A stretch of DNA of 64,000 nt from Escherichia phage mistaenkt. The notes below the pieces were generated by a model. It had not been told where the DNA came from. It saw nothing but the letters and a program-made list of their open reading frames with translations, and searched no databases. Positions 34,863 to 44,530 of this stretch are shown piece by piece; the stretch's first letter is position 1, and every line of letters begins with the position of its first letter. The stretch lies in the sequence record MN850587.1; one strand, written 5' to 3'. A program made the position numbers and the translations under genes.

Positions 34863-34890
34863 TCTCCATACGAAAAAGCCCCCAATTAAG
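34863..34890 (-). terminator. Imperfect hairpin terminator
   Basis: AGCCCCC-AATTAA-GGAGGCT; minus strand followed by TTTTTCGTATGGAGAT. Confidence 0.45.
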
Positions 34891-34913
34891 GAGGCTTTGG
34901 GAAAACAATTCTA

Positions 34914-35717
34914 TTAGTGAATCTGCGTAGAATCAAGCTTTTCTTTATCAGACAGAGCCTGAATAGTTGCTACAAATTCATCACCAAAGTGGATGGCAAT
35001 CTTGTCTTGAAGAACTGCTGCACCAGTTTGCATAATCACTTCTCGCAGGGCTTCACCACTTACGTTACCAGCAATCTGCTCTACAAACTCAATAGGTGCA
35101 TCAATCAAACCTGCAACTTCAAACAGAGCGTGAATGCTCATCACGGTGATGATTGAAGGAACCAGAGCAGTCAGTTTGACTTGAATCTCATCAAGGCCAC
35201 GTTCAGCTTCATTGTCAACAACCTCTTGAAGTTGCTCTTTGGTCAGTTTCACCATTTCCTGTGAACGCTCAAAGATATCTGCAAAACCCCAATCAAGTTT
35301 TTCATAGCGTGGAAGTTTCTCTTGAACACGCTTCTCAAGTACAGCCATCACACTTGCAATTGAGTTGATAATCAGGTTGAAGGTCTCGTCTTCAGTGAAC
35401 TCAAGCAGTGCTTCTTTCTCTTCTTCAGAGAGAACTTTGTAGTCACCAGTTTGCATCTTGTCAAAGACATAACCAGCAAAGGCATCTACACCAACAGCTA
35501 CTGAAGCCAGAGCCAGTTGACGGTTATTCAGAAGCAGTTCAACCTGCGAGCGAAATGCTGACTCATCAGAGATTTCTGCATTAACCTGATAAGATTCAGG
35601 AGTTGCTTGTGAACTGAAGGTATTGCTACGCATAACGATAGCAAGGCTTTCAACAGTGTTCAGCATAAAGTTACTATCAATACCTTTGGAGGCCAGCATT
35701 TCATTTACAGTAGTCAT
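34914..35717 (-). CDS. Hypothetical protein (267 aa)
   Basis: Long ORF in the leftward operon. Confidence 0.65.
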   Translation of the reverse strand: MTTVNEMLASKGIDSNFMLNTVESLAIVMRSNTFSSQATPESYQVNAEISDESAFRSQVELLLNNRQLALASVAVGVDAFAGYVFDKMQTGDYKVLSEEEKEALLEFTEDETFNLIINSIASVMAVLEKRVQEKLPRYEKLDWGFADIFERSQEMVKLTKEQLQEVVDNEAERGLDEIQVKLTALVPSIITVMSIHALFEVAGLIDAPIEFVEQIAGNVSGEALREVIMQTGAAVLQDKIAIHFGDEFVATIQALSDKEKLDSTQIH

Positions 35718-35718
35718 A

Positions 35719-36141
35719 TTAATTCTCTCTCATTTTGTTAAGTGTTTGTCGTGATAACTTTAAGCTTTCTGTAGAGGAAAAGTCAAGAACTTTTTCAGAC
35801 CTTGGGAAGTAATGTCTATCCCATGAACTTTCTACATCGCTAATCAGTGTTGCTAGGTTATCTAAGTCTGTTCCGTTTTGCAACTTCTTTTTTAAAGAAT
35901 CTATCAAGAAGAGTGTATCTTTTGCTTTACGCCTCTCAGCAGATATCTCCTTCATATGCTCAAAGACTGAACATTTCATTCTTTCATCGTAACCTTCGGA
36001 GAGTTCAATCTCATGTTGAACATCAACCATTCGACGGTGATGGTAAGCGTATTCCTTTTGAGCAGCAATGTCAAGTTCTTCCAACTTTTTTAAAGCTCTC
36101 ATGAAGTCAGCTATGTCTGGGTGAACAAACATTCTCTGCAT
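35719..36141 (-). CDS. Hypothetical protein (140 aa), first gene of the leftward operon
   Basis: ORF starting at the divergent control region. Confidence 0.6.
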   Translation of the reverse strand: MQRMFVHPDIADFMRALKKLEELDIAAQKEYAYHHRRMVDVQHEIELSEGYDERMKCSVFEHMKEISAERRKAKDTLFLIDSLKKKLQNGTDLDNLATLISDVESSWDRHYFPRSEKVLDFSSTESLKLSRQTLNKMREN

Positions 36142-36398
36142 AATGCCCTCTTTTAAGTACCTATTAAACTTAATCTGTTTTCTTTACGTATTCTATACGT
36201 ATAACTTTAAAGCTTCTTAAAAGCTATTAAAAATCTTTTAAGGGTTTTAAAGAAACTGTATAGTTAATCTGTAAAGGGAGTCTTTTAAGTTAAAACCCAC
36301 TTCGCAAAGATTAACACCTTGTCAAGTGAATTGTCAACTTGCTTTTTGAAACTTTTTGCAGTAATGTATTGAGTCAATGATTTTGAGAGGGAGTAAAA
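36142..36398. promoter_or_regulatory. Divergent control region between leftward and rightward operons
   Basis: 257 bp AT-rich, several CTTTTAAG/CTTAAAAG motifs, TTGTCAAGTGAATTGTCAA direct repeat, candidate TTGCTT-17-TAATGT promoter ahead of the polymerase gene. Confidence 0.5.
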
Positions 36399-39098
36399 AT
36401 GGAAAACGTAGATTTTGAAAACTTGCACTTGGTAGGTGATACCGAAACTGATGGGTTACTCCTTGAGTTCACAAAAGCACACGTAATGGCATTTGCAGAT
36501 TACAAAGATGACAGTGACGAACCTGCTGTGTGGGTCTTCACTGATGAACCTATTCTTGGTCACAAATGCACTAAGTACATTAAAGGTGGTCTTCGTGAAG
36601 GTGTAGAGTTTGCTCTTAAGGCAAAACGTCTCTGCATTCATAACGGCCTTGGCTATGACTGGTGGGTGTTCAATCACATTGCACCGGACTTATGGAACTT
36701 TGATAATCCGAAGTGTAAACCTTGGGGAGACTTCTTTCAGGATTCTCTTATCCAGTCTCGTGTTCAGTGGATGGATAGACCTACACCGAAAGGTTACAAA
36801 GGTGCTCATGGTTTGGCTGCATGGGGTGCTCGTGTTGGTGTTCGTAAACCAGAGATTGAAGAGTGGGGTGTTTGGAATGCTGATATTCTGAACCGTGTTG
36901 TTGAGGATATTCGAATCAACGCCAAAACTAAACGTGCTCTTGATAACGAATACCTGAAGCTGAAGAAGTGTGGTGTAGACACTTATGAAACCTACATGCG
37001 AGCTAAAGAAACATCTTTCTGGATGAGTCAGCAAGCTATCAACGGTTGGAAAGCTGATATTGAACTTATGCAGTTCCATGTCAAAGAACTTGACAGAATG
37101 ACTGATGAATTAGCTGCTGAAGTTGAGCCTCATCTGCCACCGACTATCAAGACGAAAGGTAAAGTTACTGGTGAAGAGTTTGCAAGGGCTTGGAACGAGT
37201 ATGTTGAGACATTTGGTGAAGCAGATGGTTTGAAGCGTATCACTAAGTATCCAAAAACTAAGTTCCGTCAGCAGGTTCGCAATGGTGAGATGCAGACTTA
37301 CGCTATCAAACCTTTTGGTAAGCCAACTACCAAGATTTTCAACATTGAGAAGCGTAACTGCTACACTCCAACTAATACGGTTACTGGAGAAGAGTACAAA
37401 GAAGGTTTCGTGGCAATGAAAGATGCTCGTGCAGTTTGTAACGAGTTGAATGCTGCGATTGATAAGAAGTGCAAAGACTGGAAGCCAGTTAAAACTGTGA
37501 AGACTGTGAAGTACTACAACAATCACGTAGTAAATCACTTTGAACTTGAGTCAAGTCGTTACACAGGTTTGATTGATGCACCTTATACACCGATTGAGTT
37601 TGAAGTTTCACGTATGACTCAGGTTGCTGTTGTGAAGGATTATCTGAAAACTCTTGGCTGGATTCCTGATGACTGGAACTACAAGAAAGATTCTGATGGT
37701 CGTCCGGTGAAGGTTTGTCGCTTCAAAGACAACAAGAAGATGATTCGTAAACATCCTAAATGGCAAGAGATGGTGGAACGTTGCGGATTGAACTATGTTG
37801 AACATGAAGGTGTACAGTACATCGAACACAACTGGTCTGTGAAGAAGTACACAGATTTGCTTGAACCTTGCTTGATTCGTACTTCACCGAAACTAACTGA
37901 ATCATCTTACGATACGATTGAAGGTGAACTTGGACAGAAGATTGCGAAGTACTATACTTTAATGCACCGACGCAGAACTATCGAGAACTCAAAGGATGAC
38001 GAAAAAGGTTGGTTAAACCAGATTCGTCCAGATGGTCGTTTGAGTGCTGGTGCAATGGTGTTTGGTACTTCAACTGGACGTATGACACAATATGGAATTG
38101 TGAACGTACCTTCTGGGGCTGCTGTTTATGGTGAACCAATGAGGGCAGTCTGGATTTGTGAAGAGGGAACCAACGTAGTATCCGTTGATATGAACTCTGC
38201 ACAGCTTGTTTTACTGTGTAACTTTATGGGCGATAAAGAGTTCACCAAAGCGGTAACTCAAGGTAAAGAAGAGATTGAGTTTATCCGTCAGGAAGATGGC
38301 AGATATTACTGCAAACACTTTGACGAATACCTGAATCCAGAAGTTGATAAGTATCTACGTTATGACTCTGAAAACGACTTGTACGTAGTTTATTCAGGTA
38401 CTGATGCTCATACACTGAACAGCATCTACTTCAGCTTGAACGAAGAACAAGATATATTGACTTGTCGTATGACTCAGGATGAAAATCTTCTTCACGAAAT
38501 TAGTAAAGGTCGTAAGAAAGCTAAGAATGGTATCTATGCGTTACTGTTCGGTGCTGGTGATGAGAAGTTTGCTAAGACGATTAAAGCTGCGACTACTCAA
38601 GAAGGTGCATTAACTAAACAGACTTACTTTGTTCGTTTACCGAAGATTAAGAAACTGTTAGATGACTTGGAAGCTGACTTTAAAGCAACTAAGAAAGCAC
38701 TCGAAGAGGTATTTGGTAAGACTGCTGCAATTGCTAAAGGTGGTTTTGTCAAGGTTGCTGGAGCATGGTTGTGGTGTAAGTCTCCACACAAACTGTTGAA
38801 CTACTTGCTGATGGGTTCAGAAGCACAAGTTCAGAATGAAGCAATCAACCTTGCATGTCGTCGTATGATTGATGAAGGTTTGATGAAGTTGAATGGTCGT
38901 AAGCCAGCTATCGGTGCTCGTTTACTCTGTGCATATCACGATGAAACAAGTTGGGAATGTCCAGAGAGCATGACAGCAGAAGTTAAGGCTGTAACTGACT
39001 GGTACTACGGACAAGCTTCTAAGAACTTAGGGCTTCGTAAAGAAACTCTGGTAACAGGGACTGGTAAAGTTGGTAAGTCTTGGTATGAGGTGCATTGA
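36399..39098 (+). CDS. DNA polymerase, family A (T7-like), with 3-5 exonuclease domain
   Basis: Exo I motif DTETDG near the N-terminus; KKAKNGIYALLFG and HDE motifs in the polymerase domain; 899 aa. Confidence 0.9.
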   Translation: MENVDFENLHLVGDTETDGLLLEFTKAHVMAFADYKDDSDEPAVWVFTDEPILGHKCTKYIKGGLREGVEFALKAKRLCIHNGLGYDWWVFNHIAPDLWNFDNPKCKPWGDFFQDSLIQSRVQWMDRPTPKGYKGAHGLAAWGARVGVRKPEIEEWGVWNADILNRVVEDIRINAKTKRALDNEYLKLKKCGVDTYETYMRAKETSFWMSQQAINGWKADIELMQFHVKELDRMTDELAAEVEPHLPPTIKTKGKVTGEEFARAWNEYVETFGEADGLKRITKYPKTKFRQQVRNGEMQTYAIKPFGKPTTKIFNIEKRNCYTPTNTVTGEEYKEGFVAMKDARAVCNELNAAIDKKCKDWKPVKTVKTVKYYNNHVVNHFELESSRYTGLIDAPYTPIEFEVSRMTQVAVVKDYLKTLGWIPDDWNYKKDSDGRPVKVCRFKDNKKMIRKHPKWQEMVERCGLNYVEHEGVQYIEHNWSVKKYTDLLEPCLIRTSPKLTESSYDTIEGELGQKIAKYYTLMHRRRTIENSKDDEKGWLNQIRPDGRLSAGAMVFGTSTGRMTQYGIVNVPSGAAVYGEPMRAVWICEEGTNVVSVDMNSAQLVLLCNFMGDKEFTKAVTQGKEEIEFIRQEDGRYYCKHFDEYLNPEVDKYLRYDSENDLYVVYSGTDAHTLNSIYFSLNEEQDILTCRMTQDENLLHEISKGRKKAKNGIYALLFGAGDEKFAKTIKAATTQEGALTKQTYFVRLPKIKKLLDDLEADFKATKKALEEVFGKTAAIAKGGFVKVAGAWLWCKSPHKLLNYLLMGSEAQVQNEAINLACRRMIDEGLMKLNGRKPAIGARLLCAYHDETSWECPESMTAEVKAVTDWYYGQASKNLGLRKETLVTGTGKVGKSWYEVH

Positions 39099-39610
39099 TG
39101 CAAGATTGTGGTTTTACTCATGAGCAATTAAAATCATGGATTCACTACGACCCCTTAACAGGTGTCTTAACTTGGATTGGTAGACCTCCTAACAGTGGTA
39201 GGGTGGTTATAGGCAGTCAAGCTGGGTCAATCAAAAGGACAAAATCTGGTGTGTATCTTCATACACAGATACTAGGTTACAGGACAGGGAATCACCGTAT
39301 TGCTTGGTTCTGGATGACTGGAAAATGGCCTGATAAACATATTGACCATAAGGATGGAGATGGTCTAAACAATGCTTGGGAGAATCTTAGAGAAGCCACG
39401 AAAGAGCAGAACATGGCTAACAGGAGACAACCTAGAACATCAAAGAGTTTAAAAGGCACAAGTAGAAGCAAATCTGGAAAGTGGATTGCACAGATTAACC
39501 ATAATGGAAAGACTAACCATATTGGCACATACATGACCGAGCAAGAAGCCCACGAAGCTTACTGTGAAGCTGCTATAAAACTCCACGGAGATTTTGCAAA
39601 ACTTAGTTGA
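39098..39610 (+). mobile_element. HNH homing endonuclease with AP2-type DNA-binding domain
   Basis: HIDHKDGDGLNNAWENLREATKEQN (HNH core), then GKWIAQINHNGKTNHIGTYMTEQEAHEAYCEAA (AP2-like); ATG overlaps the polymerase stop (TGATG). Confidence 0.75.
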
Positions 39611-39662
39611 CAAGGTGCTCATGGAAGAGTACCTTATACTATATATTGTATAGGAGACTTGT

Positions 39663-39863
39663 ATGACTATTTCAGAAATTGAAGTTCAACTGCAATGTGC
39701 TGGATATTCTCAAAGTGAGATTGAGGCTATGTGCATCATCATTTGCAGTAGCCATAAGCACCTCAAGCTTTCTAATGAAAATCTTTTCAAGGTTGATATT
39801 TTTATCGCTGGGGGCAAGATTATCAAGGATAAGACAGGCTACCTTAAAGGTGAACGTCTATGA
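39663..39863 (+). CDS. Hypothetical protein (66 aa)
   Basis: ORF. Confidence 0.5.
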   Translation: MTISEIEVQLQCAGYSQSEIEAMCIIICSSHKHLKLSNENLFKVDIFIAGGKIIKDKTGYLKGERL

Positions 39864-40069
39864 GCCATCGTGGAAGAACTCATCTTGCCATGATGCAAGG
39901 GGCTTCAAAAGAGACTATCAAGAATCGGAAGAAAACTCTTTTTGACAGAATGAATAGACTCATTGATAATGCAAGTCTACCTAACTCTGAAAAGGTTTTC
40001 TTGAAAGGGAATCTGAAGAGTATTGCACAGGAACTTATTGATATTGAATTTTGGAGACACCAAAAATGA
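39860..40069 (+). CDS. Hypothetical basic protein (69 aa)
   Basis: ORF with overlapping stop-start. Confidence 0.5.
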   Translation: MSHRGRTHLAMMQGASKETIKNRKKTLFDRMNRLIDNASLPNSEKVFLKGNLKSIAQELIDIEFWRHQK

Positions 40070-40317
40070 GCAATAAAGAGCAAGAAGCTTTAGCAATCTT
40101 CAAGAGTGAAGACAAATCAATAGCTTTTGTCTCAGAGGCTTGGTGCAGAGATTTGGGGTATGATTGGTATCTCTTCTTATGCGCTAAGAAAGATGTTAAG
40201 CCAGTTGATGAAACCCGATTCAAAGAACTGTATAATGTCTGCCAAGATGGTTATGAAGAACATTACAAAGGTTCTTTGAATCCTGTAAATTCAAAAGCTT
40301 CAGATTTATTTTATTGA
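40066..40317 (+). CDS. Hypothetical protein (about 83 aa)
   Basis: ATG at 40066 after a GGAG SD; track start 40051 is TTG. Confidence 0.5.
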   Translation: MSNKEQEALAIFKSEDKSIAFVSEAWCRDLGYDWYLFLCAKKDVKPVDETRFKELYNVCQDGYEEHYKGSLNPVNSKASDLFY

Positions 40318-40327
40318 GAGGTTTAAA

Positions 40328-40573
40328 ATGTTAAAATTATTGATACCAGCTTTAGCAGTCCTACTGGTTGGGTGTAACCCTTCTTATGAGAATAAGGATG
40401 CTTCTTACAGACTTCCTCCAGAAATGCAAGACTGCAAGATTTATAAGCCTAATGGTGATGCCATTAGCAGGGATGTTATTGTAGTTCGCTGCCCAAATTC
40501 TCAGACGACAACTTCTTACAAGTATGGGAAGAATAGTCAGTCACACGCCACAGTTTTTGATGAGGGATATTGA
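40328..40573 (+). CDS. Small lipoprotein (81 aa)
   Basis: Signal peptide MLKLLIPALAVLLVGC with canonical lipobox LVGC; mature part about 65 aa with 2 Cys. Confidence 0.6.
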   Translation: MLKLLIPALAVLLVGCNPSYENKDASYRLPPEMQDCKIYKPNGDAISRDVIVVRCPNSQTTTSYKYGKNSQSHATVFDEGY

Positions 40574-40574
40574 T

Positions 40575-40781
40575 ATGCAGGTTCTGGTAAACTTTATCTA
40601 TAAGTATGAAAACATCTTCAGCACTATGACTGTAGCTCAACGCAATCCAGTTATTCCCCGAGAAGGGGAGACTGTTGAGATTAATGATTGGAACTACAGA
40701 GTTGAAGAGGTCAAGCATAAACTTAAAGATGGTTATGACCACCAAGTTGTAAATGTGTATTTAAAAGGTAAGTGGCAATGA
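40575..40781 (+). CDS. Hypothetical protein (about 68 aa)
   Basis: ATG at 40575 after a GAGGGA SD. Confidence 0.5.
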   Translation: MQVLVNFIYKYENIFSTMTVAQRNPVIPREGETVEINDWNYRVEEVKHKLKDGYDHQVVNVYLKGKWQ

Positions 40782-41020
40782 GTAGAGAAGACCAGTTAAT
40801 TGATATGCAAAATGACAAAAATGAGGCAATATCCATAATCCCAATATTGTGGGGGCATGACTGCACATATGGTAACTATCTGTGTGTTTGTGAAGACCGA
40901 AACATTGAACCCGTAAGCCGTAATGAGTATCAAAAACACTTAAAGGCTCTTGACAATTACTTCACAGATAATAAATGCTCTCAGATTTCAAGTGAGGTCT
41001 TGCATGAAGATTTTTATTAA
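40772..41020 (+). CDS. Hypothetical Cys-containing protein (82 aa)
   Basis: ORF. Confidence 0.5.
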   Translation: MAMSREDQLIDMQNDKNEAISIIPILWGHDCTYGNYLCVCEDRNIEPVSRNEYQKHLKALDNYFTDNKCSQISSEVLHEDFY

Positions 41021-41101
41021 AGTTATTGATGAAGATTTTGGAGGGTGCTCTTGGCACTCATTTTTCACAAAAGGTTGTCTAGCTTGTGAGGCACGTAATA
41101 A

Positions 41102-42202
41102 ATGACAATTCTGTACAAACAAAATAAAGATGGTTCTTTCAACGTCTGGTCATGCGTTGCTGTAGGTGACAAAGTGGTTACCACGTATGGCAAAGAAAAC
41201 GGTAAAATGATGTTTGAAGAGTACACAGCAGAACCGAAGAACATCGGTAAAAAGAATGAGCGTAATGCTGAACAGCAAGCTCTCTTTGAAGTTACTGCTA
41301 AGTATAAGAAGCAAGTTGACCGTAAAGGTTATGCTTATTCAAAATCTGCTGCACAGGAAGTTGAGAAGGTTGGTGTACAGCTTGCTCATGATGCTTCCAA
41401 GGTTAGCCACAAAAAATATCTGAAATTTCCTGCTGATGCTCAACCGAAACTTGATGGTGTTCGTTGCAGAATTTCAAGGGATGTTGATTCAGTAAGCTTC
41501 ACAGCTTATTCTCGTGAAAATACTGTTTACAATGTGCCTGAAGAGTTAATTCCTGATTTGCTTCTCATGCTTAAGTGTCACCCACAAGTTGAAGACTTTG
41601 ACGGTGAGATTTATGCTCATGGCTGGGACTTAGAAGATATTGTATCCATGATTAAGAATGCTGACAATCCAGACCGTCACCTTCTTAAATTCTACTGGTA
41701 TGATATCTGTGACAATACTAAATCATGGCCTGAGCGACGAGAGGTTATTGATAACTCACCTATCGTTGAACTTGGTGATGCTTGCAGGGTTGTTCCTGTA
41801 CAGACTATCCGTGTAAACTCTTGGGAAGAGTTCGACAAAGCCCATGATAATTGGGTTAAGCTGAAGTTTGAAGGGGCTATGTACCGTTCAATCTCTGAAG
41901 AATCTTTCTACGAGTGTAGTCACCGTTCATACTTCTTAATCAAGCATAAGAAGATGCACACTGAAGAGTTTAAAGTAACTGGTGTGAAGACTGATAAGCG
42001 TGGACATGGTAAGTTTGTTGTAGAGACTCTTCCTAACGTCTTTGTGGATGTTTCATGGAAGACTACCCATGAGAAGAAACAGTATCTTGCTGAACACCCT
42101 GAAGAGTTTATCGGGAAGCCTTTGACGGTTCAGTTCCAGAAGATGACTCGCAAGGGGTCTTTGCAGTTCCCTGTTGGGTTAGTTATTAGAGATTATGAAT
42201 AA
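41102..42202 (+). CDS. ATP-dependent DNA ligase
   Basis: Nucleotidyltransferase motif I KLDGVRC (adenylation lysine); 366 aa. Confidence 0.85.
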   Translation: MTILYKQNKDGSFNVWSCVAVGDKVVTTYGKENGKMMFEEYTAEPKNIGKKNERNAEQQALFEVTAKYKKQVDRKGYAYSKSAAQEVEKVGVQLAHDASKVSHKKYLKFPADAQPKLDGVRCRISRDVDSVSFTAYSRENTVYNVPEELIPDLLLMLKCHPQVEDFDGEIYAHGWDLEDIVSMIKNADNPDRHLLKFYWYDICDNTKSWPERREVIDNSPIVELGDACRVVPVQTIRVNSWEEFDKAHDNWVKLKFEGAMYRSISEESFYECSHRSYFLIKHKKMHTEEFKVTGVKTDKRGHGKFVVETLPNVFVDVSWKTTHEKKQYLAEHPEEFIGKPLTVQFQKMTRKGSLQFPVGLVIRDYE

Positions 42203-42208
42203 AAGTTG

Positions 42209-42236
42209 TTGACATACTCTCTCCGGTAGTTATACT
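42209..42236 (+). promoter_or_regulatory. Strong sigma70-like promoter (TTGACA-16-TATACT) within an inverted repeat
   Basis: -35 at 42209-42214, -10 at 42231-42236; 9 bp inverted repeat CCGGTAGTT (42223-42231) / AACTACCGG (42260-42268). Confidence 0.55.
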
Positions 42237-42286
42237 AGCAATATAAAATTTGATATAGGAACTACCGGATGAGTTAGGAGAAGAAA

Positions 42287-42667
42287 ATGAAAAAGATTAT
42301 GGTAGGTGTCATTCTGGCAACTCTGAGTTTTGGTGCATCAGCTATGAAGATGCCTGAAGCAGACTTTAGCAAGGTCTCTACAGAGGCTTGTCAGATTGTT
42401 CGTAAAGTCGTAACAGATGCTGGAGAGTTGGCTAAACCGTTATCTTCTCCAACTGTCATGGAAATGTCTGACCGCATCACTGATTACAATTATCGTGTGA
42501 TGGCAGATTACTACGAAGCTGTCTCTGATGCTATGGTCACTCAGGATATTGATTTGCTTGATGACAAAGACATTGAGAAGGTTGAAGACACCAAGCGTGA
42601 CATGATGGATGAAACTTTCAAAGGTGTTCATTATTTTGTTGAAAAGCGTACTTGTGTAGGTCTATGA
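42287..42667 (+). CDS. Putative secreted or periplasmic protein (126 aa)
   Basis: Signal peptide MKKIMVGVILATLSFGASA; acidic mature region. Confidence 0.6.
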   Translation: MKKIMVGVILATLSFGASAMKMPEADFSKVSTEACQIVRKVVTDAGELAKPLSSPTVMEMSDRITDYNYRVMADYYEAVSDAMVTQDIDLLDDKDIEKVEDTKRDMMDETFKGVHYFVEKRTCVGL

Positions 42668-42668
42668 T

Positions 42669-42872
42669 ATGAAGAAGAATCGTTGCAAGAAGAACTATGG
42701 AGAAGTGCTTGACGATGAAGGTCATGTCATCTTCCGAGTTTACTGTGCAGATGACTCTGAAGTAGATAAAGCACTTGATGACTATATCAACGGTACTCGT
42801 GAAAACGTCAGAGCAACAAACATAGATTCATTGATTGACACTTCCAGAAAACGGAGGAAGAAAGATGAATGA
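42669..42872 (+). CDS. Hypothetical protein (67 aa)
   Basis: ORF. Confidence 0.5.
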   Translation: MKKNRCKKNYGEVLDDEGHVIFRVYCADDSEVDKALDDYINGTRENVRATNIDSLIDTSRKRRKKDE

Positions 42873-43164
42873 AGTCTTTGACCCTTACGCCCCACAAGAT
42901 AAGTGGGAAGCTGATAGAGAGTATGAGATGGAAAGTTATATCTGCCCAATGGATGTAGACGAAATGAGAGAGTTCGTTGCATTCCGTTTTGAAAAAGAAA
43001 TTGAGAAAAGAAAACTTTCTCAGGCACAAGTTGCAAAGATTTGTGATATCTCTCAAAGTCGTGTTTCCAACATAGTCAATGGTACTGGAAAGATTACCCT
43101 TGAATACATGTTGAAAGCTTGTGAAAAACTTGGTGTTAACTTCAACTTAAGGCTGTCAGATTAA
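42865..43164 (+). CDS. XRE-family helix-turn-helix DNA-binding protein
   Basis: LSQAQVAKICDISQSRVSNIVNG helix-turn-helix; ATG at 42865 with SD. Confidence 0.6.
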   Translation: MNEVFDPYAPQDKWEADREYEMESYICPMDVDEMREFVAFRFEKEIEKRKLSQAQVAKICDISQSRVSNIVNGTGKITLEYMLKACEKLGVNFNLRLSD

Positions 43165-43165
43165 T

Positions 43166-43525
43166 ATGAAACGTGAAAATGCAATCTTCAAAGGTAACTT
43201 TGCAATTGGCTTCTATGGGAAACCTACCGAAGCTGAGAAGGTGTGGGGGCATGAGATTCTTGAAGAGATGATTCCAAAACTCCAAAAAGGAGAAATAAAA
43301 CATTCTGAAAAGAATCGTGTGAAAGGTTATATGGCAATTGGTTCAGCTATATCCAACATCAAACTTGAGACGACATGTGCAAAAGATGTTCGTAACTCAT
43401 TTATAAAGGAACTCTTCAACAACCTTGATGGTGTAGATGCTACCGCTATCTGGCTTGATGTTGATGGTGCTAAGTATACAACTTTCGTATTTAAAAATGA
43501 GGATATCAAATGTCTCTTCCCGTAA
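43166..43525 (+). CDS. Hypothetical protein (119 aa)
   Basis: ORF. Confidence 0.6.
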   Translation: MKRENAIFKGNFAIGFYGKPTEAEKVWGHEILEEMIPKLQKGEIKHSEKNRVKGYMAIGSAISNIKLETTCAKDVRNSFIKELFNNLDGVDATAIWLDVDGAKYTTFVFKNEDIKCLFP

Positions 43526-44010
43526 AAATTGACTTGTTCTTCGGATACAATCTGATGACAGGATGTATGCTTAGTCTTCCAAAGTCTCCTTATCGTACTG
43601 AGAAAGGTGCTGTGAAACGTGCTGCACACTACAATAATGACTTAGGTCGTTTGCAGACGATTTACAAGTGGCTTGAAGAAGATGGTCGAGTAAATGAGTA
43701 CTTCCATAAACTTCGTATGGCTAACGAAGAAAATAAGATGGGCTATGAACTGTTCCCACGTCTTTACAAAGTGACTTCACCAACTTCTCAAACTTGGAAT
43801 GAGAAGTCTATTGAGGGTTACAAAAAGGTCACAATGTCTCCGTTTAGTAGTGGTGCAGAGTTTGAGAAGCTACGTGAGATAATTTATCAGACTGTTGCAA
43901 AGCGTGTTGCAAAGGGTCTTTCTTATAATGAAAAGATTGACTGGAACACTCAAAAGGTTATACAATTCTTTGCATACGATAATGACAAACAAACTTTTGT
44001 AGAGGTTTAA
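43510..44010 (+). CDS. Hypothetical protein (166 aa)
   Basis: ORF. Confidence 0.6.
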   Translation: MSLPVKIDLFFGYNLMTGCMLSLPKSPYRTEKGAVKRAAHYNNDLGRLQTIYKWLEEDGRVNEYFHKLRMANEENKMGYELFPRLYKVTSPTSQTWNEKSIEGYKKVTMSPFSSGAEFEKLREIIYQTVAKRVAKGLSYNEKIDWNTQKVIQFFAYDNDKQTFVEV

Positions 44011-44011
44011 C

Positions 44012-44530
44012 ATGAAGATTGGAAATAGCTTAACAGAGCCAGAAGCAATTCTACTTAAGGGTGTTATCAAAGAACATCTGAAAAATCGTAGACTTCAAGA
44101 GGGCACAATCCTTATTGAGACAAACTATGAAGCTGGAACGATTGAGTTTCTTGATGAAGATACTGGTGATGCACTTTGCCTTTTACCAACTCACCTCTTC
44201 ACTACTGAATTTCGAGATTCTAAATCAATCTCTGTGAAGCTGGTTCCAAGCATTGAGTTGTATGAAGGTATGCAATACCCACGTAGCTTCAAAGCTTTAC
44301 TTAACATCTTCATAGACGACATTGTAGATTTAGTAAGGCCAGAAGCTGGTGAGTATGTAATTACTGCTGAGTGTCAGAATAGCAGCTACATCACTCTCGC
44401 TGGTAATCTCTCAACGATGAACTTCTTAGATTTCATCCCGAAACACTTTGAAGACTTCCTTTCATCGTGTGGTGATGACCTTGATTTCATTGTAAAACTG
44501 GAACAAGAATATAAGGTGAATAAGAAATGA
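44012..44530 (+). CDS. Hypothetical protein (172 aa)
   Basis: ORF. Confidence 0.6.
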   Translation: MKIGNSLTEPEAILLKGVIKEHLKNRRLQEGTILIETNYEAGTIEFLDEDTGDALCLLPTHLFTTEFRDSKSISVKLVPSIELYEGMQYPRSFKALLNIFIDDIVDLVRPEAGEYVITAECQNSSYITLAGNLSTMNFLDFIPKHFEDFLSSCGDDLDFIVKLEQEYKVNKK

